Notes: a model not told the origin generated them from the sequence alone. Counted from the stretch's first letter, positions 1 through 10,134 are shown. The stretch is 64,000 nucleotides of DNA from Lentisphaeria bacterium (GCA_900768515.1 CAAGDG010000058.1:5663-69662); one strand, 5' to 3'. Numbers and translations are program-made.

Positions 1-1999
1 TACACGGTCGGACGCTCCTGCTCGGAGGGCTTCAGCCCCTTGGCAGCGCACCATTTTTCGAAATATGCGTCATAGGCCTCCCGGATCGGTCCGGTGCAAC
101 CGGTTCCGAGCGAGAGAATGGTGTTTTCATTGAGCAGACTGATGCCGATGAACACCGGATCCTCCGCCCAGGTCAGACCGGTGTAGGGATTCCGGTGGGT
201 GAAGAGGAGCCGGGCGAAGGTTTTGAGGTTCTCACGGACTTCCGGCAGCAGCATTGCGGCCAGCTTGTAATCGTTCATCTCCTCCAGTTCCGGAATGGAC
301 TTGAATTCGCCGGGCTTGCGGGTCCGGATCGTGTAGAGATCGGTCGTGATGTAAATGCCGCGCTGCTTGAGCGCGTAGACCAGATAATCAAGCTTGTCGA
401 GGTTCTCCGGGTCGGCGGTGGTCGAATTGGCCGGTAGCTGCTTGACGATGTCGCGGTCGTAATGGTGGAAGCGGATCGCGTTGTATCCGATCCGGCTCAG
501 CCGTTCCGCCAGCAGATCCGCCTGTTCCCTGCTGAGGTAGTTGGCCCGGAAGCAGAGGTTGGCGCCGTAGAAACGCACCGGCTTGTCCTGCTTTTCAAAG
601 ACGAACTTGCCGTTCTTCACCTGGAGGAAGCCGTACTTGCCGGCCGGCGCATCCAGCAGAAACGAGAAGTCGAGCGCGGAACCCGCAACGATCGAACGGT
701 CGGTCGAAAACGGCTTCCAGTCATCGGTACGCACAAAACGGAACTGCATCGGCTGCGCGATCGGCACCCGCTGCGCGGAGGCGGAGACGGCGACGATCAT
801 CCAGACCGCCTTCCCGCTCGACTCGAACTCCAGCGCCGCAAGCGGCTTGTCGGGAATTTCAAAACTTGAGGAGTAGAGACCGACCGCGCTCTCCTCGGAG
901 CTGCCGAGCCAGGCGATCTGGCCGTTCGGAAGCTGAACCGGCTGCCACCAGTTGGCGACATCCCGCCCCGACTCGACCGGAGTCGAGTAACGCGAACCAT
1001 CCTTGTAAACCGCGGTCACGGTTCCGGCCGGTTCGCCGCCGGCGGGAGGCCAGGCAACCGCATGCAGCAGGAAGACGGTGCGCACCTTGCCGCCATCCGC
1101 CGGAAGCGTGACCTTCCGCGGGAAATAGGGCCGTCCGCCGCCGCCGAGCACGATGCAGGATTTTCCGTTGTTATTAGCCGGATCGATCACATCGAAGGTC
1201 ACCGGGGCGATTGCGATCTTCCCCGGCTTCATGGCGCTCAGATCGTTGGTCGGCCCCTGGTCGGTCCAGCCTCCCTTGCCGTCCTCGGCGACCTCATCGC
1301 GGAACCCCATATTGACCTGGCGGCGGATATCCAGCGGCTTCACCTCGTAGGGGATGAACCGCATCCGCATCGTGAGCGCGCTTTCGGAGAACACATCCTT
1401 CCCGATCGGCAGCAGAATGCGCGCCGCAAAATCCGCGGAATTGAACACCCGGAAATCGGCAAGCAGCATCGAAACCGGCTCTCCCGGCTCCAGAATCAGG
1501 CGTCCGGTCTGGAGCGGGAACTCCATGCGCCGCACGCCGTCGCGCGAGACGACCGTGGAATCCTTGCCCGGTTCTTCGGGAAAGAGGAACTCCTCGTCGC
1601 CGATCCGGACCGGTTTGCCGAAGGTGCTCCAGGCCGGCAGCTTCAACTCCAGTGACAGCGCCCGGGAGGGAACCGGGGTCGCCGCGGAAAGTTTCCAGCT
1701 CAAATCGTATCCGCCCTCAACCCGCTTCGCCTCGATCCCGCAGTCGGCGGAGCCGCCCGCGGCGAGGGTCCAGACTCCGGAAAAGCGTGTCAGATCCCCG
1801 GACTGTTCCACGGCCGGTTTGTAGCTTCCCCGTTCCGACTGGCCGGTCGGAACCCAGTTTTCTCCGTAATGCTTGAGAGCAAGAGCTGCGGCATCGCCGT
1901 CGATTTTAATGGAACCATCCTTCTGCAGTTCGATCCCGGCGGCAAAACCGCTCACGCCAAGCAAGGTTGCCGCAGCCAGCAGAGAAAATCGCTTCAGCA
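1..1999 (-). CDS. Secreted multidomain putative glycoside hydrolase, paralog A. N-terminal KGGWTDQGPTND domain plus clan GH-A-like TIM barrel. The 3' end runs off the window start.
   Basis: Own translation of the minus strand from ATG at 1999 gives MLKRFSLLAAATLLGVSGFAAG (signal peptide) ... MGFRDEVAEDGKGGWTDQGPTNDLSAM ... FYGANLCF ... GYNAIRFHHYD ... LLNENT. It is colinear with the paralogs at 19335, 25465 and 58910. There is no stop before position 1, so it is absent from the ORF track. Confidence 0.8.
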
Positions 2000-2047
2000 T
2001 AGAAAATCCCTTTCTTTACAGTGAAGGAAAAATGCCAGTTGAAGTTA

Positions 2048-2075
2048 AGTATAACCGCGGAAATTAAATTGTCAA
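2048..2075 (-). promoter_or_regulatory. Sigma70-like promoter for glycosidase paralog A (-35 TTGACA, 16-17 nt spacer, -10 TATACT on the minus strand).
   Basis: Minus strand reads ttgacaatttaatttccgcggttatact about 50 nt upstream of the ATG at 1999. Confidence 0.45.
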
Positions 2076-2202
2076 TCTTCCCGGAGAAAAAAAAATTGTT
2101 TTCTATATCATACGAATAACAGGATCGCGCGAAGGAGAGGCCGCCGGGAGTCGCTCTCCTTCTCGCACAACATTCGTATCGGAAAAAACTCAGGCGGAAA
2201 GC

Positions 2203-2883
2203 TCAGTCCTGCAACTGGTATCCCCAGAAGCGCCCTTCTTCCTCGCTGACACCGGCAACGCCGCTCCACGGAGTCGCATTGACCGGAATCTCACTGTAAC
2301 CGACCCATTCGGCATGAGTGTCGACGAAGACGACATTCACGCCCTGATTGTGCCGGAAGGGGTGGACGTCGGCGGAGATGTCGGCCCGCTGCCCGACCCG
2401 GATCGAAGTATGGTCCATCGCCATCGCCCGCGCCGCGGGTTCCTTGATCCGGGTCACCGAACGGGCCCGGTGATCGCTGGCGAAAAAGATGTTGATCCCA
2501 TACTGTTCCTGGGTGCCGCTGGCGGCGTTTCCATCCCGCTTGGCGGGACCGCTCGGGCACTGGAAGATTCCCCGCGCACGGCCGGCTTCATAATCGAACG
2601 CGCAGTTTTTTTCGAACTCCACCCCGGCATTGATCGCATAAAGATAATCCTGCCAGAAGATGTTGACGGTTCCGGACTGCACTCCGGAGGGCATGGTGAT
2701 CCCGTCGGAATCGGCCAGGTAGAGTGTCATGGTCTGTCCGATCTGTTTGAGATTGCTGGTGCAGCTGATGGTGCGGGCGCGGTCCCGCGCCTTGTTCAAC
2801 GCCGGCAGCAGCATCGCGGCGAGAATGCCGATGATCGCGATCACAACCAGCAGCTCGATCAAGGTGAAAGACTTCCGTGACAT
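2203..2883 (-). CDS. Prepilin-type N-terminal cleavage/methylation domain protein (pseudopilin-like, DUF1559-like H-X9-DG tail).
   Basis: [30 protein letters not shown]-terminus. C-terminal [21 protein letters not shown] lies 7 nt before the second ATG (2883). The upstream regulator's stop overlaps the first ATG (ATGA). Confidence 0.85.
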   Translation of the reverse strand: MSRKSFTLIELLVVIAIIGILAAMLLPALNKARDRARTISCTSNLKQIGQTMTLYLADSDGITMPSGVQSGTVNIFWQDYLYAINAGVEFEKNCAFDYEAGRARGIFQCPSGPAKRDGNAASGTQEQYGINIFFASDHRARSVTRIKEPAARAMAMDHTSIRVGQRADISADVHPFRHNQGVNVVFVDTHAEWVGYSEIPVNATPWSGVAGVSEEEGRFWGYQLQD

Positions 2884-2885
2884 AT

Positions 2886-3988
2886 TCATACCTCCTGCTC
2901 TAATCTTGGGGATGCGACGCTTTTACGAAAAATAACCTCACACGGGATAAACTCCTGACGTTTGGTTCTGCTGCCGGAGCGATTGAGCTCCACCAGGATC
3001 TCCACGGCCCGCGAACCCACATTCGAAAACGGCTGCCGGACCGTCGAAATCCCGAGCGGCGTGAAAAATAGTTGTCGTCAAAGCCGGAAATCGAAACGTC
3101 TTCCGGAACACGTCTGCCCAGTTTTCCAAGTTCGTCGATCACATTGAGCGCAATCTCGTCGTGACAGCAGATCACCGCGCCGGGGGGCTCCGGAAGCGCC
3201 ATCATCTCCCGGATCTGCCGCCTCCCCTGTTCGGTAAGTGGAACATCATCGATCGCCCGATGCCATTCCGGCCGCACCACCTGCCGATCGGCGGTCAGCT
3301 GGTCGATCACACCGCGAAAACGGTGATCGGCGGAATAAACCCCGGGGAACGTCCGGATGCTGCCGATCCGTCGATGCCCCAGTTCGAAAAGGCGGGCAGC
3401 AATCTGCCGGGTCGCGGAATATCCGTCGCTGCCGACGAAATTCCCGCGGATTATGCCGTTGCAGGCGATCGGGGAATCCACCACCACATAAGGAACGTTG
3501 CAGGCCTCCAGAAAATCGAGCAGCTGGTTGCCGTTCCGATAGTAATCCTCGATCGGCCGGGACTGCGGAGCATAGATGACGCCAAGAGGACGCTCGGTCT
3601 TCAGCAAAGAACTCAACTGCTCGGTCGTCGGCAGGTCCCGCAGCCAGTGGCAGCTCAGGGAACAACCGTATTCGACCGCCTTCGTCTCGATTCCGACCGC
3701 GATCTGGGTGCCGAACAAAGCCGCCTCCGCATGCTGCAGAAACATCACGGTCCTGCCGGAAAACTTCGAAACCGAAACATTTCCGACGAAACAGCCGATC
3801 CCGGGGCGGTGTTCGACCACGCCGGATTCCGCCAGTTCGCGCAGGGCGCTCCGGACGGTGCCGCGGGAAACCCGGAACCGGCGGAGCAGCTGCTGTTCCG
3901 TCGGAAGCCGCTGTCCGACCGGCAGCATGCCGGCGGAAATCTCGCGCGCCAGAGTCTGTATCACTTCCTGTCTCGGTGAGTTTCCCAT
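2886..3988 (-). CDS. AraR-type transcriptional regulator (GntR-family HTH plus LacI/GalR-type sugar-binding domain). Frameshifted in the A5 (T5 on the coding strand) run at 3064-3068.
   Basis: N-terminus [57 protein letters not shown] is a GntR HTH. The middle is a LacI-like periplasmic-binding fold. The main frame degenerates after [10 protein letters not shown] third frame continues [31 protein letters not shown] (the canonical LacI/PurR C-terminus, compare YFTPALTTIHQP) down to the TGA at 2886-2888. One extra T in the T-run restores the frame. The start is placed at the MGNSPRQ Met (3988); an alternative start is at 4030. Confidence 0.7.
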
Positions 3989-4031
3989 CTGCTTTCCCGC
4001 TTTTCTCGGGTTTGTTTTTTCACTGTCCATA

Positions 4032-4060
4032 ATTATAATGAATTTATACCATTCTGACAA
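4032..4060 (-). promoter_or_regulatory. Sigma70-like promoter of the AraR-like regulator (-35 TTGTCA, 17 nt, -10 TATAAT on the minus strand).
   Basis: Minus strand reads ttgtca-gaatggtataaattcat-tataat just upstream of the coding region. This implies the 3988 start with a ~35-nt leader carrying GGGAAAG. Confidence 0.4.
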
Positions 4061-4086
4061 TCAAACGGGGGAAATAAATACAATTT

Positions 4087-4104
4087 TTGTACAATGTTGT
4101 ACAA
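4087..4104. promoter_or_regulatory. AraR-like operator: TTGTACAATGTTGTACAA, two TTGTACAA palindromic half-sites.
   Basis: Seen in sequence upstream of the regulator promoter. Fits the GntR NyGTNxACNy core and resembles the B. subtilis AraR box ATTTGTACGTACAAAT. Confidence 0.45.
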
Positions 4105-4311
4105 AACAACAGGCGGAATTCTTTCCCTCTTCACCGCTTCTCCGCGTTTTTCCTCGAATGAAATTGGGAAACCGCCGCCGGAAACGACCCAAATAAAAAA
4201 GCGGCCCAGAAAAATATCTGCGCCGCGGATGGAGAAAAAGAGACCGGCCCCGCCGGAGGGAATTCGCCGGGGGAAATGCGCCGGGACAAACCGGCAGCAT
4301 CCCCCTTCCGC

Positions 4312-5301
4312 TCAGCCGAGAATGCGCTCGATTCCGGCAAGTTCCTCCGCCGTGAAGTCGAGGTTCCGCAGTCCGGCGACCACGTCGCGGATCTGCTCGG
4401 GACGGCTGGCGCCGATCAGCGCGGAAGTGACCCCGGGACGCCCCAGCAGCCAGGCGATCGCCATCTCCGCCAGCGTCTGTCCGCGCCCGGCGGCAATCCC
4501 GTTCAGCGCCCGGATCTTCGCCATGACCTCATCGGTCAGCGCCTCCGGCTTCAGGAAACCGCCGCGGGCGGCCCGGGAATCGGCCGGGACGCCGTTGAGA
4601 TAACGGTCGGTGAGCATCCCCTGATTCAGCGGCGAGAAGACGATTCCTCCGACGCCCTCCTCCACCAGCAGCCGGAACGACCCCTGTTGCTCGTGTTTGC
4701 GGTCGAGCATGTTGGCCCGGATCTGGTGGATCACAAACGGCGTCTTCAACTCGCGCAGTACCGCGATCGCCTGCCGCGCCGCCTCGGGGCCGTAGTTCGA
4801 AATGCCGGCGTAGAGCGCCCGGCCGGAACGCACGATCTGGTCGAGCGCCAGCATCGACTCCTCCACCGGCGTATCCGGATCGGGCCGGTGGTGGTAGAAG
4901 ATGTCCACGTAATCGACGCCCATCCGTTTCAGGCTCTGGTCACAGCTGGCGATCAGATACTTGCGCGAACCGTGGTCGCCGTAGGGTCCCGGCCACATCC
5001 CGTACCCGGCCTTGGTGGAAATGATCAGTTCGTCGCGGAACGGCTTCAGGTCCTGGGCGAGAATCCGGCCGAAGGTGATCTCCGCCGAACCCGGTTCGGG
5101 ACCGTAGTTGTTCGCCAGGTCGAAGTGGGTGATTCCGAGATCGAACGCGGTCTGCGCCATCTTCCGGCAGTTCTCGTAACGGTCGACGCTTCCGAAGTTG
5201 TGCCAGAGTCCGAGCGAAACCAGCGGCAGCATCAGTCCGCTCCGCCCGCAGCGGCGGTACTGCATCGACTCATATCGTTTTTCATCCGGCTTGTAGAACA
5301 T
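4312..5301 (-). CDS. Aldo/keto reductase (YghZ / L-glyceraldehyde-3-phosphate reductase-like, Kv-beta type).
   Basis: MFYKPDEKRYESMQYRRCGRSGLMLPLVSLGLWHNFG N-terminus and an AKR barrel throughout. RBS GAAAGGA lies before the ATG at 5301. Confidence 0.85.
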   Translation of the reverse strand: MFYKPDEKRYESMQYRRCGRSGLMLPLVSLGLWHNFGSVDRYENCRKMAQTAFDLGITHFDLANNYGPEPGSAEITFGRILAQDLKPFRDELIISTKAGYGMWPGPYGDHGSRKYLIASCDQSLKRMGVDYVDIFYHHRPDPDTPVEESMLALDQIVRSGRALYAGISNYGPEAARQAIAVLRELKTPFVIHQIRANMLDRKHEQQGSFRLLVEEGVGGIVFSPLNQGMLTDRYLNGVPADSRAARGGFLKPEALTDEVMAKIRALNGIAAGRGQTLAEMAIAWLLGRPGVTSALIGASRPEQIRDVVAGLRNLDFTAEELAGIERILG

Positions 5302-5325
5302 GTGCGCATCCTTTCTCAATTCAAC

Positions 5326-6507
5326 TCACGACTGGGGAAAACGGTAGAGGACCTCATCCAGTCTGCCCGCCACTCCGAGCTCCCGCAGGAAACGGAAGTG
5401 CGGCAGAAAGAATCCCACTTCATAAAGATTGTGCGAATCGCTGCCGAACGAAAGTTTCACCCCCTTCTTCACGCAGAGCGAAAAGAACTCCGGCTCGGGA
5501 TTGTTGTGGTGAAAATTGATCTCGGCGGCGACGCCGTAACGCTTCAGCAGCTCCGCGACCGGTTCGAAAAGCTCCTCCGGAACCGGCTGCCGGAGTCCGA
5601 ATGGAAACACCCGGAAAGGGTGCGCGAGAATCTGCACGCCGTACCGCAGCAGCGATTCGGTCCGGAACAGGAACTCCCGCTTCACCGCCTCCCGGTCGTC
5701 CTTCCGGGAGAGATGGTGGACCGCCCCCAGCCGCACCTGCGCCAGCCGCCGGTCGGAATCCTCCAGCAGCGCGTCGCCGTTGCCGTCGACATCGATCTCA
5801 AATCCGCGAAGGAAACGACCGTGCCCCTCCCCTTCGCGCCACGCTCCGACAAGTTGCGGAACCCGCGACGGAATCCCGCTCTCCGCCCGGTCGCGCCAGA
5901 CGCCGCGCCCCGGCCAGTAAAGCTCGGGAGAAAAGTAGAGCTGCCCGGAGTGTTCGGAGAACGAGAGCGCCTCCAGATTGGAGAGCCGCGCCATCTCCAG
6001 CGCCTTTCGGACATCCATATTCTCGCTGCAGTACGCGACCCGGGTATGCACATGAAAATCGATCAATCCCGGAACCTTCGGCTCCACCATCGGACAGCAT
6101 TCCACCCGCACACTCCCGTCGGCGGCTAGCTCCGCCACCAGTGCGTTGAAGGGAGGCTCTCCGAACCCGGGCAGTTCCCCGGCGGCATTCCGGATCCGCT
6201 CCAGCAGAGCGGCGGGGGTCTCCCGCCCCCGGTCGGTCTCGATTTCGGCGGGAAGCTCCGGCAGTTCGACCGATGCCGGACGCGCGAGGTAGAGAACCGG
6301 GACCTTCCGCTCGAACCGTTTTTCCGACGCCCGGAGCGTCTCCAGAAAATCCGGCTCCGCAGCGCCGTTTCCGACCGTCAGTTCTCCGGAAACCAGCACC
6401 AGCTGCACCGGGACGAACCGGTCGAAAACGCGGATTGCCCGCAGCAGAAACAACTCCCGCAGATCCCCGCTGCGGTGGCGGAGATTGTGAATCACCGCGA
6501 CTTTCAT
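5326..6507 (-). CDS. PHP-domain (polymerase/histidinol-phosphatase-like) metal-dependent phosphoesterase with an N-terminal extension.
   Basis: LIDFHVHTRVAYCSENMDV...LSFSEHSG PHP motifs. AGGAGG RBS present. Confidence 0.7.
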   Translation of the reverse strand: MKVAVIHNLRHRSGDLRELFLLRAIRVFDRFVPVQLVLVSGELTVGNGAAEPDFLETLRASEKRFERKVPVLYLARPASVELPELPAEIETDRGRETPAALLERIRNAAGELPGFGEPPFNALVAELAADGSVRVECCPMVEPKVPGLIDFHVHTRVAYCSENMDVRKALEMARLSNLEALSFSEHSGQLYFSPELYWPGRGVWRDRAESGIPSRVPQLVGAWREGEGHGRFLRGFEIDVDGNGDALLEDSDRRLAQVRLGAVHHLSRKDDREAVKREFLFRTESLLRYGVQILAHPFRVFPFGLRQPVPEELFEPVAELLKRYGVAAEINFHHNNPEPEFFSLCVKKGVKLSFGSDSHNLYEVGFFLPHFRFLRELGVAGRLDEVLYRFPQS

Positions 6508-6529
6508 GGCTCCTCCTGATCCGAACGTT

Positions 6530-7213
6530 CTACTTCCAATTCAGAACCGGCCAGCCGGCCGCCTCCGCCACGCGCCGCAGCGCCCCTGAGGGGTTGACCG
6601 CGTGGGGAAAACCGACCGCTTCGAGAATATCCCGGTCGTTGATGCTGTCGCCATAGTAGGCGAACCGGGAGAGCGGAATTTTCATGTCATCCGCCAGAGT
6701 CCGGAGAATCCGGACCTTGCCGGCACCGGCGCCGTAGATGCCGGCGATCCTGCCGGTGCAGCGCCCATCCTCCGTCTCCAGCCGGGTCCCGGCCAGGAGC
6801 GGAATTCCGAAATAGTCCGCCACCGGACGCGCCAGCCGGTCGTTGGTCGAAGTGAGAATGCCGAGCCGCGCCCCCCGGTCGCGCAGTTCCGCGACCAGCG
6901 CCATCGCGTCGTCGTAGACATGCGGCAGAATCCGTTCGCGAAAATGGAGCCGGCTGAGTTCATCCACCTCCTCCACGCTCCGCCCGGCGAACTCCCGCAG
7001 TTGAAAGCGGAGGAACGCGTCGACATCCATCGTTCCGGCATTGTAGTCCTCGAAGAAGCGCTCCGCCTCCTCCAGCGCAGACGCGGGAGCGAGACCGTGT
7101 TCCACCGCGAACTCCTTCCAGGTGACGTCGCAGTCCGCCCCGATCAGGGTGTGGTCCATGTCGAAAAACCAGCACTCCGGAAGCGGCGCCCTCTCCGGTT
7201 TCAGCTCCTTCAT
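6530..7213 (-). CDS. HAD-superfamily hydrolase (HAD-IB-like).
   Basis: FFDMDHTL motif I and YGDSINDRDIL motif IV. The start ATG overlaps the stop of the upstream phosphohexomutase (ATGA). Confidence 0.8.
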   Translation of the reverse strand: MKELKPERAPLPECWFFDMDHTLIGADCDVTWKEFAVEHGLAPASALEEAERFFEDYNAGTMDVDAFLRFQLREFAGRSVEEVDELSRLHFRERILPHVYDDAMALVAELRDRGARLGILTSTNDRLARPVADYFGIPLLAGTRLETEDGRCTGRIAGIYGAGAGKVRILRTLADDMKIPLSRFAYYGDSINDRDILEAVGFPHAVNPSGALRRVAEAAGWPVLNWK

Positions 7214-8576
7214 CCCAGCATCTCCTGTATCTCCCCGGTGAACCGGCGGAGCAGCTCCTCCGCCCGGCCCGGATCCGAACTTTCAACGTTGAGCCGCAGA
7301 ATCGGTTCGGTATTCGAGGAGCGCAGCAGCACCCGCCCCTCCGGCAGATCGAAACGCAGCCCGTCGAAGGTCAGAGGCTGACAATCCGCATAGGTGTGCG
7401 TCAGCGTCTCGATCACCTCCCGCGAACGGATCGGCGGAAGCGTAAAACGGGTGGAGAGATTGCAGAACGGCGGGAAGTCGCCGACAATTTCCGAAAGTTT
7501 CCGCTCCGAAAAAGCCAGCCGTTCCAGCACCAGCGCCATCGCCGTAAAACTGTCGCGCCCGGGGTGGACCCGGCGGTAGATCACGCCGCCGCAGTTGCCC
7601 TCGCCGCCGATGCAGCTGTCGCATTCGATCATCTTCTCGACCACGTTGATCTCCCCGACCTTGGCGCACTCCAGCTTGCAGCCGTAGGAACGGGTGATCT
7701 CCTCGACCAGGCGCGAGGTCTGCATGTTGACCACCACCGGACCGGGATCGCCGCCGTCGAGCACCTGATCGACCGCCAGCGCGACCGTGAAATGCGGATT
7801 CAACGCCTCGCCGCGGTCGGTGACCACAGTCAGCCGGTCCCCATCCGGATCCTGCCCGAAACCGACGTCGCAGGATTCGCGGCGGACCGTTTCACACAGT
7901 TCGCCCAGATTCTCGGGGAGCGGTTCCGGCGGCCGGTTGAAACCGCCGTAGATCTCATCATTGAGAGTGAAAACCTCGCAGCCGAGCTTCCGCAGAAATT
8001 CCGCGCTGCAGAGCGAACCAACCCCGTTGGCGCAATCGACCGCCACCCGGAACTTCCGGGCGCGGATGGCATTGACATCCACCACTTCGAAGATCCGTTC
8101 CGCATGCCGTTCGAACATCCCTTCCATCCGGCTGACGCTCCGCAACGCCTCCTCGCTCCGATAGGGGAGCGACCCCTGGCTGTAGAGATCGAAGAGTTCC
8201 GACGCCTCGCCGGAGGCCAGAAACGTCCCCCGGGGACCGATGAACTTCAAGGCGTTCCAGTCCGCCGGATTGTGGCTGGCGGTGATCGCCACCCCGCCGG
8301 AGGCCCCGGAATCGGTCACCGCGAACTGTATGGTCGGGGTCGGCACCACGCCGAGCTTGACCACCTGGCAGCCCGCGGACAGCAGCCCGGCGGTCAGCGC
8401 ATCCTCAAACATCTCCCCGGTGGCCCGGGTGTCGCGCCCGACCACAATCCGGCCGCCGCCGAGATAGAACCCGAACGCGGCGCCCAGCTCCATGACCAGA
8501 TGGGCGGTCAACCCCTCGCCGACGATGCCGCGCACACCGCTCTCGGAAAATTTCAATGTATTGATTCTGTTCACCT
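7210..8576 (-). CDS. Phosphohexomutase (phosphomannomutase/phosphoglucomutase/GlmM family), catalytically intact.
   Basis: Carries TASHNP (phosphoserine loop), FGQDPDGDRL (Mg loop), GGEGNGG (sugar loop) and RSSNTEP (phosphate loop). Probable GTG start at 8576 or 8582, 6-12 nt after the stop of the upstream paralog. The track ORF 7210..9132 over-extends the 5' end. Confidence 0.8.
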
Positions 8577-8588
8577 TCACCGCCCCCG

Positions 8589-9965
8589 CTAACTCATGAG
8601 CCGTTCCCAGACCAGCCGGGCGCGCCAGGCGCGTTCGGCGGCGAGATCGCCGTTCTTCGATTCCGAAATCAACCGGAGCACCGCCTCGGTGCCGGAGAGC
8701 CGCAAGCTTAAAAATCCATCCGGCCAGTCGAAGCGCAGTCCATCCGTCTCCGAAAGCGCGACCTCCTCCCCGAACTCCCGGCGCAGCTGCCGCAGCAGCC
8801 GGTAGGCGTGCGGAGAATCGGCGGCGATGGACTGTTTCACCATGTGAAAACGGGGAAGTTTTCCCAGCTGCGCACTCAACGGCTCCTCGCGGACCGCCAC
8901 CGATTCCAGCAGAAGTCCCGCCATCAGAAACGCATCGAACCCCAGCAGTTTCGAGGTCGTGAAACTGCCGCTGCCCTCCCCGGCGAGCACCGCGCCGGAG
9001 GAACGCATCAGATCGATCACGCTCGCCTGTCCGACCCGGGACCGCAGAAGCCGGCAGCGGTGCTTTGCGACCACCTCGTCGAGAGTCCGGCTGCTGCAGA
9101 TGTTGCTGACCACCGCGGAACCCGGTTCGCACCGGTCCAGGAAGTAGTCGGCCGCAAGCGGATAGGTCAACTCCTCACTCAACGGTTCCCCGGAGTCGCT
9201 GACCACCCCCATCCGGCTCATGTCGCGGTTGAACACCAGGCCGGCCGCCGCTCCCAGCGGAACGATGATCGAACGGATCGGCGCCTCGCTTCGCGGACGC
9301 GGCTCCGGATCGCGCGGAACCACCGCCGACGGCATGTCGTTGATCGCGATCAGCTTGAGGTTCAAAAGCGATGCGAAACGCTGCGCGTATTGGGCGCCGG
9401 CGCCGTTGCAGAAATCCCCGACCACGGTCAGGCCGGCGGCGGCGATCCGGTCGCAATCGAGCGACTTCTTCAGAAAGTTCCAATACGCTTCAATCTGGGC
9501 CGGGTCGATCCGGCTCGGAGCCGGAATCAGCCGCGCGGTCGCATAGTGGAACCGACGGGCATGGTAGAGGTCGAACAGCTCCCGCTGCCGCAGCGGATCG
9601 AAATACGAACCGTCCGCCGCCAGCGGAATCAATGCATTCCAGCCGGCCGCCTGATGCCCCCCGGTAATCAGAATCCCGCCGTCATAGCGGAACCGGGCAA
9701 TCAGATAGTGCATCATTCCGGCGGTCAGAATTCCGCCGTCGACCACCGAACACCCCCCGCCGGCGAGCGATGCGGAGACCGCGCACTGAAGCAGTTCGGC
9801 CGAACCGCGCGGATCGATGCCGACCAGGATCCGCGCCCCCTCCCCCGCCATCGTCGCAAAAGCGGCCGCGAAATCCCCGGCCGCCGCGGGAGTGAGGCCG
9901 GGCCCGACCACCCCCCGCATTCCGGCAGCGCCGATGCTGAGCTGCCGTGTCTTGTAGTTCTGCAT
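8589..9965 (-). CDS. Phosphohexomutase-family paralog with degenerate catalytic Ser and Mg-binding loops (putative pseudoenzyme).
   Basis: Same four-domain architecture. The phosphoserine motif reads ITGGHQAAGWNAL instead of TASHNP. The DxDxDR loop reads NRDMSRM. The sugar loop (AGEGSGS) and phosphate loop (RLSGTEA) are retained. Confidence 0.75.
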   Translation of the reverse strand: MQNYKTRQLSIGAAGMRGVVGPGLTPAAAGDFAAAFATMAGEGARILVGIDPRGSAELLQCAVSASLAGGGCSVVDGGILTAGMMHYLIARFRYDGGILITGGHQAAGWNALIPLAADGSYFDPLRQRELFDLYHARRFHYATARLIPAPSRIDPAQIEAYWNFLKKSLDCDRIAAAGLTVVGDFCNGAGAQYAQRFASLLNLKLIAINDMPSAVVPRDPEPRPRSEAPIRSIIVPLGAAAGLVFNRDMSRMGVVSDSGEPLSEELTYPLAADYFLDRCEPGSAVVSNICSSRTLDEVVAKHRCRLLRSRVGQASVIDLMRSSGAVLAGEGSGSFTTSKLLGFDAFLMAGLLLESVAVREEPLSAQLGKLPRFHMVKQSIAADSPHAYRLLRQLRREFGEEVALSETDGLRFDWPDGFLSLRLSGTEAVLRLISESKNGDLAAERAWRARLVWERLMS

Positions 9966-10105
9966 TTTTTAAACCCCGATTCCCGGATCGCCCTGCGACC
10001 GCCTGATTTTTTTACAGAATAAAAATAACATCGATCACGCCGAATTGCCAGCCGGCAAAGCGATTTTTTCCTGCCGGATTTCCCGCCGGAGCGGGTGGCG
10101 ACAGG

Positions 10106-10134
10106 TTGACAACCCGCACCGGCAGGTGTATATT
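10106..10134 (+). promoter_or_regulatory. Sigma70-like promoter (TTGACA, 17 nt, TATATT) for the IscU-like/GGGtGRT operon.
   Basis: ttgaca-acccgcaccggcaggtg-tatatt, 47 nt before the AAGGAGA-ATG at 10181. Confidence 0.55.

Noticed and set aside
2938-3129. 63-aa ORF read as a separate small gene.
   Set aside because: It is the -1 frame of the frameshifted AraR-type regulator region (it contains a PALTTT-like string) and is not an independent gene.
4276-6129. 617-aa + strand ORF (and similar long ORFs 7396..8592, 8808..10022, 10834..11808, 13076..14722, 15960..17318, 17622..19346, 19449..20897, 25444..27465, 29396..30517, 36256..38112, 38387..40966, 41363..42844, 49044..50669, 50884..52095, 52433..53671, 53707..55155, 55169..56338, 57172..59031, 58925..62158, 62049..63491).
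   Set aside because: All lie antisense or out of frame to genes with clear family signatures. Their translations are R/G/P/A-rich low-complexity strings with no motifs, signal peptides or RBS, as expected from GC3-biased high-GC DNA.
7210-9132. Full 640-aa track ORF as the phosphohexomutase gene.
   Set aside because: The N-terminal 185 codons overlap the upstream paralog in another frame and are R/G-rich. The homologous region begins at GTG 8576/8582, right after the upstream stop, giving a canonical ~455-aa enzyme.
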